From contig JBFXAI010000019.1 in the NCBI GenBank assembly GCA_050184455.1, positions 19,432 through 83,431 of the forward strand: 64,000 bases of DNA. Direction: 5' to 3'. Shown piece by piece: positions 50,052 through 57,874 of this stretch; the first letter of the stretch is position 1; each line of letters opens with the position of its first letter. Source of the DNA: Kofleriaceae bacterium. GTDB lineage: Bacteria; Myxococcota_A; Polyangia; Haliangiales; Haliangiaceae. The notes below the pieces were generated by a model, which did no database searches, was not told the origin of the DNA, and worked only from the letters and a program-made list of their open reading frames with translations. A program made the translations under genes and the position numbers.

Positions 50052-50822
50052 ATGCGCGCACGAGGCATCTTGATCATCCTGGCGTGTTCCAAGGTTGCCA
50101 CCGCCGAGCCGCAGCCCCAGCCCGTCGATATCAAGCCGATCAAGGACCAGCTGATCGTGCTCCAAGATGCGCAGGGCGGGACCTACGTGGTGTATCGCGT
50201 CAAAGATCAGGACAAGCGGGTGTTCTTCGGAACTGCCAAGAAGCTGCACGAGCAGATCGTGATCGGCGGATCTGCGGATGGCGATTCGTGGGGGATCAAC
50301 ATCTGGACACCTCGGCTCGCGAACATTCGGTCGGGCGAGATCGAATTCAAAAAAGACGGCACGTACTTTCGGTCATGCGATGGCAAGGCCGATGCGGTGC
50401 TCTCGCAGATCACCGGGACCAAGGCGGCTGCGGTGCTCGACAAGGCAGCGTTTCTGACCAGCGCGATGGTGTATCGACCGTATCTGCTCGCGCGCGATGA
50501 CTCGGGCGTCTACTACTACGTCGATCGACTGTCGAAGTTTCACGGTGGCAAGGGCTATCGGGTGTTCGTCGGTAAGAAGGGCGCGATGAAGCGGCTCGCG
50601 CTGACCGACATCGCGACCGATACCGCGGGAGATGTGTTCTCGACCAAGTCGGGCAATCTTCGGCTGGTGACGACCAACGAGACCACGACGACGACATGGA
50701 TCAAGGGCGAGCGCAAGAAGGAGCTGATCAAGCTCGACGTCGACGCCAACTCGCAGCTGATCTTCAGCGACCTCGGCATCTACACGTTCATCGGCACGAT
50801 CTGCGACGCGGTCCCGCGGTAG
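50052..50822 (+). CDS. secreted/lipoprotein of unknown function
   Basis: ATG 50052 (ORF 49875.. trimmed). MRARGILIILACSKVATA signal/lipobox. No recognised motif. Confidence 0.55.
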   Translation: MRARGILIILACSKVATAEPQPQPVDIKPIKDQLIVLQDAQGGTYVVYRVKDQDKRVFFGTAKKLHEQIVIGGSADGDSWGINIWTPRLANIRSGEIEFKKDGTYFRSCDGKADAVLSQITGTKAAAVLDKAAFLTSAMVYRPYLLARDDSGVYYYVDRLSKFHGGKGYRVFVGKKGAMKRLALTDIATDTAGDVFSTKSGNLRLVTTNETTTTTWIKGERKKELIKLDVDANSQLIFSDLGIYTFIGTICDAVPR

Positions 50823-50836
50823 CGCCCGTTAGCGCC
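50821..50836 (+). repeat. left copy of a 16-nt imperfect direct repeat flanking the NTase cassette
   Basis: AGCGCCCGTTAGCGCC. Overlaps the TAG stop (50820-50822) of the upstream gene. 14/16 identical to 51647-51662, with a 9-nt perfect core CGTTAGCGC. Confidence 0.6.
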
Positions 50837-50866
50837 AGCCGTCGGTTCGGGCCGAAGGTTAGTGCA

Positions 50867-51097
50867 TCAGGTTGGCGATCGCTGGCCCGGATCTCCGAGC
50901 TTTCGACGATGCACGACCCGAACGATCGGGAGGTCCGGATCTCCCGTGAGCCCGATCCAGACCCGACGAAGACTCTCGACCTCGGCAATTCGCGCAGCAA
51001 CCGACATGGATGCCCAGTAGGCACGGCGTTCAGCGTCCTCGTCGATCTCGCCGAGTCGGCCTTTGCGGACGACGCGTGCAATCGTTCGAGCTTTCAT
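50867..51097 (-). CDS. 76-aa protein translationally coupled to the NTase-fold gene
   Basis: ATG 51097 overlaps the TGA of 51094..51615 (ATGA). MKARTIARVVRKGRLGEIDEDAERRAYWASMSVAARIAEVESLRR.. No motif I can name. Confidence 0.5.
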   Translation of the reverse strand: MKARTIARVVRKGRLGEIDEDAERRAYWASMSVAARIAEVESLRRVWIGLTGDPDLPIVRVVHRRKLGDPGQRSPT

Positions 51098-51615
51098 TTC
51101 TCGAGCTCCTCCGCATCGAGCAGATCGCGCGGGCGCCCCGATGCTCGCTTGTTGGCGACCAGTGATTGCCGGTCGATCATCGGCACGTCGACACCGTCGA
51201 GGTTCGTGATGACGCGACGGGGATACGCCGCTTCGAATCGGACGCCGGAGATGCCAGTCAGGATGTCGATCCGATTCGGTTCGTAACCAAGTTGGACGAC
51301 CTGGTCGGGCACCACAAAATCGTCGACCGTCAAGCCGAGGCTCGCAAATCCGAACGCATCCAGAGCGGCAACGATGTTGCGCGCGTTCTCGACGGACGCC
51401 TCGATCCACACATCGAGATCCTTCGTGTAGCGAGGCACCGTATACGACGCGACGGCATAGCCACCAACCACGACGTATCGTACGTGATTAGCGGACAGCA
51501 GCTGGAGAAACTCCTTGAAGTCCTTCGAAAGCTGCACTTCGAAATTGTACTCCGTAAGGCCCTTCCGCCGAGTGTCGTTCGGCGGTCGGCAACGCGCGCA
51601 CAAGGAGATCGGCAA
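51094..51615 (-). CDS. minimal nucleotidyltransferase-fold (Pol-beta-like) protein
   Basis: FKEFLQLLSANHVRYVVVGGYAVASYTVPRYTKDLDVWI gives GG-x(n)-DxD. C-terminal IDRQSLVANKRASGRPRDLLDAEEL. The real start may be the GTG at 51537. Confidence 0.6.
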   Translation of the reverse strand: MPISLCARCRPPNDTRRKGLTEYNFEVQLSKDFKEFLQLLSANHVRYVVVGGYAVASYTVPRYTKDLDVWIEASVENARNIVAALDAFGFASLGLTVDDFVVPDQVVQLGYEPNRIDILTGISGVRFEAAYPRRVITNLDGVDVPMIDRQSLVANKRASGRPRDLLDAEELEK

Positions 51616-51646
51616 GTTGACGATCCACGACCTGGTGGCATCGGTG

Positions 51647-51662
51647 AGCGCGCGTTAGCGCT
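51647..51662 (+). repeat. right copy of the 16-nt imperfect direct repeat
   Basis: AGCGCGCGTTAGCGCT, 826 bp from the left copy. Confidence 0.6.
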
Positions 51663-51696
51663 TGAGCTCGACGCGCCGATCGAGTGTGCTCGGCGC

Positions 51697-52458
51697 ATGA
51701 AGCTAGCTGGAGCGGTTGTCCTGGTCACTGGTGGCGCGTCAGGTCTCGGCGAGGCCACGGTTCGCAGGTTGGTCGCAGGCGGAGCCAAGGCGGTGATCGC
51801 CGATCGTGATGACAAGCGAGGCCTGGCGCTGGCCACCGAGCTTGGTGCGCAGTTCTGCAAGACTGACGTCACCGATACCGAGCAGCTCAAGGCAGCGTTC
51901 GCGACGGCAGCGGAGCTCGGTGCGTTGCGGGTCGCGGTGTCATGTGCCGGCGTGGGCTGGGCGGCGCGGACGATCGACAAGACGGGCAAGCCCCACGATC
52001 TCGAGCCGTTCAAGCGCGTGCTCGAGATCAACCTCGCCGGCACGTTCAACGTGCTGCGGCTGGCCGCATCCCAGATCGCCAGCACCGAGCCACTGGAAGA
52101 CGGCGAGCGCGGCGTGATCGTCAACACGGCATCCTGCGCCGCGTACGATGGCCAGATCGGTCAGATCGCGTACGCGGCATCGAAGGCAGGCGTCGTCGGA
52201 ATGACGCTGCCGGCGGCGCGCGACCTCGCGCCCATCGGAATCCGCGTCGTCACGATCGCCCCCGGCGTGTTCGACACGCCGATGCTCGGCGCACTTGCCG
52301 ACGACAAGCGCGGTGGCTTGGCCGCGGACGTGGTGTTTCCGAAGCGGCTCGGTCAGCCTGACGAGTACGGCGCGATGGTCGCCGCAATCGTCGAGAATCG
52401 CTACCTCAACGGCGAGACGATCAGATTGGACGGCGGGCTGCGCATGCCGCCGAAGTGA
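51697..52458 (+). CDS. short-chain dehydrogenase (3-hydroxyacyl-CoA dehydrogenase type-2/HSD17B10-like)
   Basis: ATG 51697 (ORF 51166.. trimmed). VTGGASGLG cofactor motif, YAASKAG (YxxxK), C-terminal NGETIRLDGGLRMPPK. Confidence 0.85.
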   Translation: MKLAGAVVLVTGGASGLGEATVRRLVAGGAKAVIADRDDKRGLALATELGAQFCKTDVTDTEQLKAAFATAAELGALRVAVSCAGVGWAARTIDKTGKPHDLEPFKRVLEINLAGTFNVLRLAASQIASTEPLEDGERGVIVNTASCAAYDGQIGQIAYAASKAGVVGMTLPAARDLAPIGIRVVTIAPGVFDTPMLGALADDKRGGLAADVVFPKRLGQPDEYGAMVAAIVENRYLNGETIRLDGGLRMPPK

Positions 52459-52562
52459 ACGGGGCAGACGTCAGACTCGAGCTTCGCAACGAGTGACCGA
52501 GTGGCGGACCGACGTTGCGCAACTGAATTGATCGCAGTCAACGTTCTGTGTGGTCTCTGTGC

Positions 52563-52600
52563 GGCTTTGCGTTTTCCGGGATCGAGATGAACGCAAAGCC
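52563..52600. terminator. hairpin between convergent SDR and slt genes
   Basis: GGCTTTGCGTT (52563-52573) / AACGCAAAGCC (52590-52600) perfect 11-bp stem with a 16-nt loop. No clear U-tract. Confidence 0.4.
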
Positions 52601-52617
52601 AAGCGGTCGGTGAGGCG

Positions 52618-55020
52618 CTACGGCTTGGGCAACAGCTCGGCGGGGATCTTGTTGGGCATCTCGGGCACGGTCGCGTTTTCGTACAGCCACGAGTACGTGA
52701 AGTACGACGACAGCACACGCTTGGTGTAGTTGCGCGCTTGATCGTCGACGATGCCCTCGACGAATTCGTCGGCGTCCCAGGTACCACGCAGCTTGAGCCC
52801 GCGGCGCACGAACCCGGGGCCGGCGTTGTACCCGGTGGGCACGAGGTGGGTGAACCGCTTGAACGTGGTGAACAGCGACGCGAGGAACCGGCTGCCGATC
52901 GTCACGTTGGTCTCGGGATCGAACATGTTGGCGCGCGACGGCGTGATGCCGGTGCCCTTGGCGAAGTCCTTCGCGGTCGGCGGGATCATCTGGGTCAGGC
53001 CCATTGCGTTGGCGTACGACTCGGTCATCGGGTTGAATCCGCTCTCCTCGCGCACGATGCCGATCTGCATCGCCATCGGTACGTTGTTGCGCTTGGCGTG
53101 ACGCGACAGCAACTCCCAGTAGCCTTTGGGATACGCGATCAACCAGCGCGCACGGTTGGTCCCCGTCGGCCACGCCCGGCGGTAGTCGAGGATGTGCCAG
53201 CGGGTCGGCCATAGCGCGGTCGCAAACCACCCCGCGCGGTTATAGAGGTACGCCATCGCCCATAGCTTCTCGACCTGCTCGGGATCGTCGATCCGGTTCT
53301 TGCCAGCTGGTGCGGTGAGCCCAGCTTTCTTGAGCTCGAGGCTCGCGACGTCGTTGAGCCCGAGCCGGAGCAGCTCCATCGCGCGCAAGAATCCGGGCGT
53401 TCCCCAGTCCGGGCGGGGGGCGAACGAAAACGCAGGCGCCTTCGGATCGAAGTCCTTCGGATCCGCGGCAAGATCGGCGACCAGCAGCTTGTAGCTATCC
53501 GGCGCCGCTTCGCGGATTCGGTTGAGCCCGAGCAGCGCGTAATAGGCGAGCGGGTACTTGCGCACGCCGGCTTCCCACGTCGCGACCGCTTCCTTGGCCT
53601 TACCGGTCGCAGCGTAGGCGCGACCAAGCCAGTACTGCGCCTGGCCCTCGCCGTAGTAGTTGTCGTCGTGCGGGACCAGCTCGATCTGCTTGGTCCACCA
53701 CTTGATCGCCGCGTCGTACTTCTGCTCGCGCCAGTTGCGCCAGCCGAGGCGCCACATCGCCTCGGCGACGTTGTCGCCGTTGGGAAACTTCACCGGCAGC
53801 GACGACAGCACCGCCTCGACCTTGGCGCCGTCGTTGAGGCTCGTCCATTCCTCGGCCTCACGCAGCAACGCGTCGTCGGAATAGCTGTGCTTGGCGTCGA
53901 CGGTCTGCGCGGCCCGGTACCGCTCGATCGCGATCGTATGGTCGCCGATGAACGCGTACGACCGACCGGCTTGATACAGGCTCTTGATCAAGAGATCGGT
54001 GTTGCCGGCCGGCTTGCACGCGGCCGTGGCGTCATCGAACAGCGTCGAGGCGCCCTTGCGATCGCGGGCTTTGAACCGGCTCTGCGCGCGGTGGTACGCC
54101 GCGATGCACTTGTCGGCTGCAGAGATCGCCGGATCGGTGAGCGCCGCGGCAAACGCTGCCTCGGACTCGGGGTTGCGCATCGCCTCGAACAGCTCCATAC
54201 CGCGCGCGATGTGCTCGGCGCCGGTGAGCTTGTCGATCGTCTTCGCAACGTCTGCGGGTACGGTCTTGGCAAGCGTCGCGAGCTTGGCGGCTGCCCGCGC
54301 GTTCCAGCCCGACAGCGGATCGTTGATCCGGATCAAGCGATAGAGCTGGACGATCTGCGCCGGATCGCCCTTGGTCTGCTCGAGCGCCTCGGCGAGCCGG
54401 AACCGCGCCTCCGAGCGCTTGGGGCCCTCGGGACGCCGCGCGAGATAATCAGCGAAGTGATCCCGAACTGCTGGCCAGTTGGCCTCGGCGGTCAGGATAT
54501 CGCCGATCAACATCTCGGCTTCCCAGCCGACGATCGACGCGCGGTCGACGCTGCGTGCTACCTCGAGCGCAGGCTTGTGCGACGAGTACAGCGCGCGCGC
54601 CAAGTGGAACCCGATGAAGTCGCCGAGCAGCGGAAGTCCTGCGCGAGCCGCGGTGAAATGGCCGGCCGCGCTGGGCCACGCACCGATCTCCTCGTCGCAC
54701 AGTCCGAGCATGAGCTCGAGCCGAGCGATGTCGTCACCCTTCGCAGTCTTGCGCGCGCGCTCGAACGCGACCTTGGCGAGCTTGTAGTTGCCGCCGGAGA
54801 AGTAGTTCGCCCCGACCCGAGCGTCACCGGTGACGAAGTACGGCGTCGCCATCGCTTCGGAGAACGGCGCCGGTGTTCCGGTCGGCGCCGGCGGTGGCAG
54901 CGGGGCCGCGGACGGGGCCGTCGTCGTGCCGGAGTCTTCGGGTTTGGGCAGGGTACTGGCCTGATGGCCGTTGTCCCCTCGGCAGGCGAACAGCACCACG
55001 ACGATCGCGACCAAGCGCAT
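52618..55020 (-). CDS. slt: soluble lytic murein transglycosylase (Slt70-like: superhelical TPR-like N-domain + SLT catalytic domain), lipoprotein
   Basis: Lipobox VVVLFAC. C-terminal IVREESGFNPMTESYANAMGLTQMIP (catalytic Glu-Ser) and YNAGPG motifs. Confidence 0.85.
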   Translation of the reverse strand: MRLVAIVVVLFACRGDNGHQASTLPKPEDSGTTTAPSAAPLPPPAPTGTPAPFSEAMATPYFVTGDARVGANYFSGGNYKLAKVAFERARKTAKGDDIARLELMLGLCDEEIGAWPSAAGHFTAARAGLPLLGDFIGFHLARALYSSHKPALEVARSVDRASIVGWEAEMLIGDILTAEANWPAVRDHFADYLARRPEGPKRSEARFRLAEALEQTKGDPAQIVQLYRLIRINDPLSGWNARAAAKLATLAKTVPADVAKTIDKLTGAEHIARGMELFEAMRNPESEAAFAAALTDPAISAADKCIAAYHRAQSRFKARDRKGASTLFDDATAACKPAGNTDLLIKSLYQAGRSYAFIGDHTIAIERYRAAQTVDAKHSYSDDALLREAEEWTSLNDGAKVEAVLSSLPVKFPNGDNVAEAMWRLGWRNWREQKYDAAIKWWTKQIELVPHDDNYYGEGQAQYWLGRAYAATGKAKEAVATWEAGVRKYPLAYYALLGLNRIREAAPDSYKLLVADLAADPKDFDPKAPAFSFAPRPDWGTPGFLRAMELLRLGLNDVASLELKKAGLTAPAGKNRIDDPEQVEKLWAMAYLYNRAGWFATALWPTRWHILDYRRAWPTGTNRARWLIAYPKGYWELLSRHAKRNNVPMAMQIGIVREESGFNPMTESYANAMGLTQMIPPTAKDFAKGTGITPSRANMFDPETNVTIGSRFLASLFTTFKRFTHLVPTGYNAGPGFVRRGLKLRGTWDADEFVEGIVDDQARNYTKRVLSSYFTYSWLYENATVPEMPNKIPAELLPKP

Positions 55021-55113
55021 CCCGAGAAACTAGCCTGCCTGATTCGCGATCGCCAATCGGATGCACACCGCATCTCGTCGACGAGATCGCGGCGTTCGAC
55101 GCGGTGCGTGACG

Positions 55114-56007
55114 CTAGCGCGCGACGCGGTTGCGGCCGGCGTTCTTCGCTCGGTAGAGCGCCTGGTCGGCGGCTTCGATCAACATCTCGGCGGTGTCGCG
55201 CTCGGAACCGGGAACCACGGCCACGCCGATCGACACGGTAGTGCGGATCTCACGGCCTTGATGCGCGACGATCGTCTGCTCGATCAGCCGGCGCAACCGT
55301 TCCGATAGCTGGTACGCCGGATCGATCGGGACGGCGCGCAAAATGATCGCGAGCTCCTCGCCGCCGAACCTCGCCACCACGTCCTCTTCACGCACCGCTC
55401 GCAGCAGCACCTCGGCGAGCTTGGTAAGTACGGCGTCGCCGGCGAGGTGGCCGTAACTATCGTTGACGGTCTTGAAGTGATCGATGTCGAGCAGCAACAA
55501 CGACAGCGCGGTCTCGTGGCGGCGGGCGAACTTCACCTCGCTCGCCAACCGGTCGAGGAAGTACCGCTTGTTGAACAACTTGGTCAGCGGGTCGCGCAGC
55601 GCTGACGACACCAGGTTCTCGTGAAACGCCTCGTCGAGCTCGTCGTGGTAGCCGAACCGCAGCACCGTGGTGCGGCCAACCTGGATCTTGTCGCCGTCAC
55701 GCAGCAGGGTGGCCGAGGTCACGCGCTGGCCGTTCAAGTAGGTCCCGTTACGGCTCTCGAGGTCGGCGATCCACATCGCCTCGCCGTCGGACCAGATCGC
55801 GGCGTGCTTGCGCGAGATCCCGTCATCGGTGATCCGGATCGCGCACTCGTTGGCCCGACCGATCAGCGAGCGCGCCGATGGCAGCCGGAATACCGTCCCC
55901 GATGCCGATCCGGTGATCGCGGTCATGCAGGCGCGTTTGCGCGACAGCGCGGTGGCGATGTCTATCCCTGTGGGATCGGTCTCCTCATCGCCGCCGAAAT
56001 CGCCCAT
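55114..56007 (-). CDS. FHA domain-containing diguanylate cyclase (FHA-GGDEF)
   Basis: FHA: LIGRANECAIRITDDGISRKHAAI...SRNGTYLNG. GGDEF domain with active site RFGGEEL and an upstream RxxD I-site (REED, 5 residues before GG). Confidence 0.85.
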   Translation of the reverse strand: MGDFGGDEETDPTGIDIATALSRKRACMTAITGSASGTVFRLPSARSLIGRANECAIRITDDGISRKHAAIWSDGEAMWIADLESRNGTYLNGQRVTSATLLRDGDKIQVGRTTVLRFGYHDELDEAFHENLVSSALRDPLTKLFNKRYFLDRLASEVKFARRHETALSLLLLDIDHFKTVNDSYGHLAGDAVLTKLAEVLLRAVREEDVVARFGGEELAIILRAVPIDPAYQLSERLRRLIEQTIVAHQGREIRTTVSIGVAVVPGSERDTAEMLIEAADQALYRAKNAGRNRVAR

Positions 56008-56040
56008 GACCCAAATCCTACGAATCCCCGATGAGCTTCG

Positions 56041-56901
56041 TCAATCCACCGACGCTCGCGACACGAACCACCGCGCGATCCGTTGCAATACGATCGCGCG
56101 CGGCCCGAGCGAATCGGCGATCGCGATTGCTTCTTCGCCGAGGGTGTGAATTCGGTCGGCCGCTGCGGCGGCGAGTGCGCCGAACTCGCCGTCGTCGCGA
56201 TCGTCGGCGTGTTGGAACGCAACACCGAGGGCCATGCCGTAGCGTCCGAGCTTCGCGCTGGTGGCAGGCGGCGCCCCGGCCGCGATCGCTCCGAGCTCGG
56301 CGGCGGCCGCGAACAGCGATCCGGTCTTGGCTGCGTGGAGGCGTTCGATCGCTTCGAGCGTGCGCAGCTGGTCGGGCGGCGTGGTCAAGTCGATCGCCTG
56401 CCCACCCAGGAGCTCGCGGGCGCCGGCGCGCCGGCCCAACACCTCGACCGCAGGAGCCGTATATGGACCGAGCTCTGTCAGGGTCGAGAATGCGGTCGTG
56501 AGCAACCCGTCACCGGCGAGGATCGCGATCGCTTCGCCGAATGCGACGTGCACGGTTGCCCGGCCGCGCCGTTCGTCGTCGTCGTCCATCGCTGGCAGAT
56601 CGTCGTGGACCAGCGTGTAGGCATGCAGCATCTCGATCGCGCTCGCAGCGGGGAGCGCAGCTTGGCGAGTTCCGCCACAGGCTTCGGCTGCAGCGATCAC
56701 GACCGCCGGGCGCATCCGCTTGCCCGGGCCGGTGGCCGCGTAGCGCATCGCTTCGATCAGCCGGCCCGGGTCACTGGCAGGCGCCGCGAGCCTGCGCGCG
56801 AGATCGCGGTCGACCAGTTGGCGGACTTCGTCGAAGAACCCGAGCAGCTCGGGCGGCGCGGTGCTCGGCGCCAACGTGGGTTCGGAGGACGTCATCATCA
56901 C
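56041..56901 (-). CDS. ispA: polyprenyl (farnesyl/geranylgeranyl) diphosphate synthase
   Basis: First Asp-rich motif LVHDDLPAMDDDDERRG and second FQHADDRDD. ATGA overlap with xseB, the classic xseB-ispA arrangement. Confidence 0.85.
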   Translation of the reverse strand: MMMTSSEPTLAPSTAPPELLGFFDEVRQLVDRDLARRLAAPASDPGRLIEAMRYAATGPGKRMRPAVVIAAAEACGGTRQAALPAASAIEMLHAYTLVHDDLPAMDDDDERRGRATVHVAFGEAIAILAGDGLLTTAFSTLTELGPYTAPAVEVLGRRAGARELLGGQAIDLTTPPDQLRTLEAIERLHAAKTGSLFAAAAELGAIAAGAPPATSAKLGRYGMALGVAFQHADDRDDGEFGALAAAAADRIHTLGEEAIAIADSLGPRAIVLQRIARWFVSRASVD

Positions 56902-57137
56902 GTTTGGTCGCGTTCATCGAACGTCGCGACCTCGACGCCTCCTGATGCGCTCACCAGGATCTCGACGCGTCGCTCGGCAGTGGCCAACAGCTGCTGGCCA
57001 CGCCGGGCCAGTGCCACCCCTTCTTCATAGATCGCGAGCGATTGTTCGAGCGACAGCTCACCCGATTCCAACCGGGTCACGACGTCGCGTAACCGCATCA
57101 GGATCTGATCGAACCCGGGCTCCGAGGGCTCCGCCAC
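56898..57137 (-). CDS. xseB: exodeoxyribonuclease VII small subunit
   Basis: FDQILMRLRDVVTRLESGELSLEQSLAIYEEGVALARRGQQLL is canonical XseB. GTG 57137 is preferred because the ATG-57224 extension uses atypical A/T-ending codons. Confidence 0.8.
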   Translation of the reverse strand: MAEPSEPGFDQILMRLRDVVTRLESGELSLEQSLAIYEEGVALARRGQQLLATAERRVEILVSASGGVEVATFDERDQT

Positions 57138-57207
57138 GCGGCCACCATATCGAACACGAACTGAAAAGTCACTTCCCCGCGAACCCTTGACGAAGCGGTC
57201 ACTTGCA

Positions 57208-57340
57208 GGGAAGCTGAAACTCATGGGCGAGCGATCCGAGTTCCGGCTCGATGACGGACGAGCGCGATGGTCGCTCGCGGGCGCTCGCTTAGGGGAAGCT
57301 GAAATTCATGGGTGAGCGATCCGACTTTCGGCCCGACGAC
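57208..57340 (+). repeat. decayed tandem duplication (85-bp period) of the fur ribosome-binding/start region
   Basis: 57208-57255 vs 57293-57340 is 42/48 identical by hand alignment (GGGAAGCTGAAAyTCATGGGyGAGCGATCCGA..). Both copies contain ATG GGy GAG CGA TCC. Confidence 0.8.
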
Positions 57341-57799
57341 ACGGGAGAGCTCAAGGAGCGCTGGCGGGCATATATCCAAGATCGCCGCCTGAACACCACG
57401 GCTCAGCGCGAAGCGATCGTCGAGATGTTCCTGCGCACCCGCGATCACGTGTCGATCGACGAGCTGTGGTCGAAGGTTCGCAAGCGCCAGCCCAAGGTCG
57501 GCTATGCGACCGTGTACCGGACGCTCAAGCTGCTGGTCGACAGCGGACTCGCGGTGGAGCGGCAGTTCGGTGATGGCCAGGCTCGCTACGAGATCGTCGG
57601 CGATCACCACGACCACCTGATCTGCGTGAAGTGCGGGCTGATCCTGGAGTTCGAAGACGACGAGATCGAGCGGCTTCAGGACTCGATCGCCGAGCGGCTC
57701 GGCAGCTTCACCGTCCTGCGCCATCGCCACGAGCTGTACGGGCTGTGCCCCAAAGCGGCAGGCACCGGCACGACATGCCCGCGAGAGCAGAAGAAGTAG
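57308..57799 (+). CDS. fur: Fur-family metalloregulator (Fur/Zur/PerR; subtype not resolved)
   Basis: [12 protein letters not shown]...HVSIDELW...[12 protein letters not shown] (winged helix), [11 protein letters not shown] and ..ELYGLCP metal-site motifs. Confidence 0.8.
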   Translation: MGERSDFRPDDTGELKERWRAYIQDRRLNTTAQREAIVEMFLRTRDHVSIDELWSKVRKRQPKVGYATVYRTLKLLVDSGLAVERQFGDGQARYEIVGDHHDHLICVKCGLILEFEDDEIERLQDSIAERLGSFTVLRHRHELYGLCPKAAGTGTTCPREQKK

Positions 57800-57874
57800 C
57801 TCTCGGCTTCGTCGCTCAAACCAGCTGATTCCACACGCGTCCTCGCGTCCGCGCTTTTCCCTTGGAGCAGAGCT

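Noticed and set aside
53668-55308. 546-aa plus-strand ORF opposite slt and the GGDEF gene
   Set aside because: It is antisense to two well-supported genes. The sequence is Arg/Gly/Leu-rich and it spans an intergenic region without any start context.
56898-57224. Long form of xseB starting at ATG 57224
   Set aside because: The extra 29 codons (MSFSFPASDRFVKGSRGSDFSVRVRYGGR) use many A/T-ending codons that are atypical for this genome, and they overlap the fur-leader duplication. GTG 57137 gives a normal 79-aa XseB.
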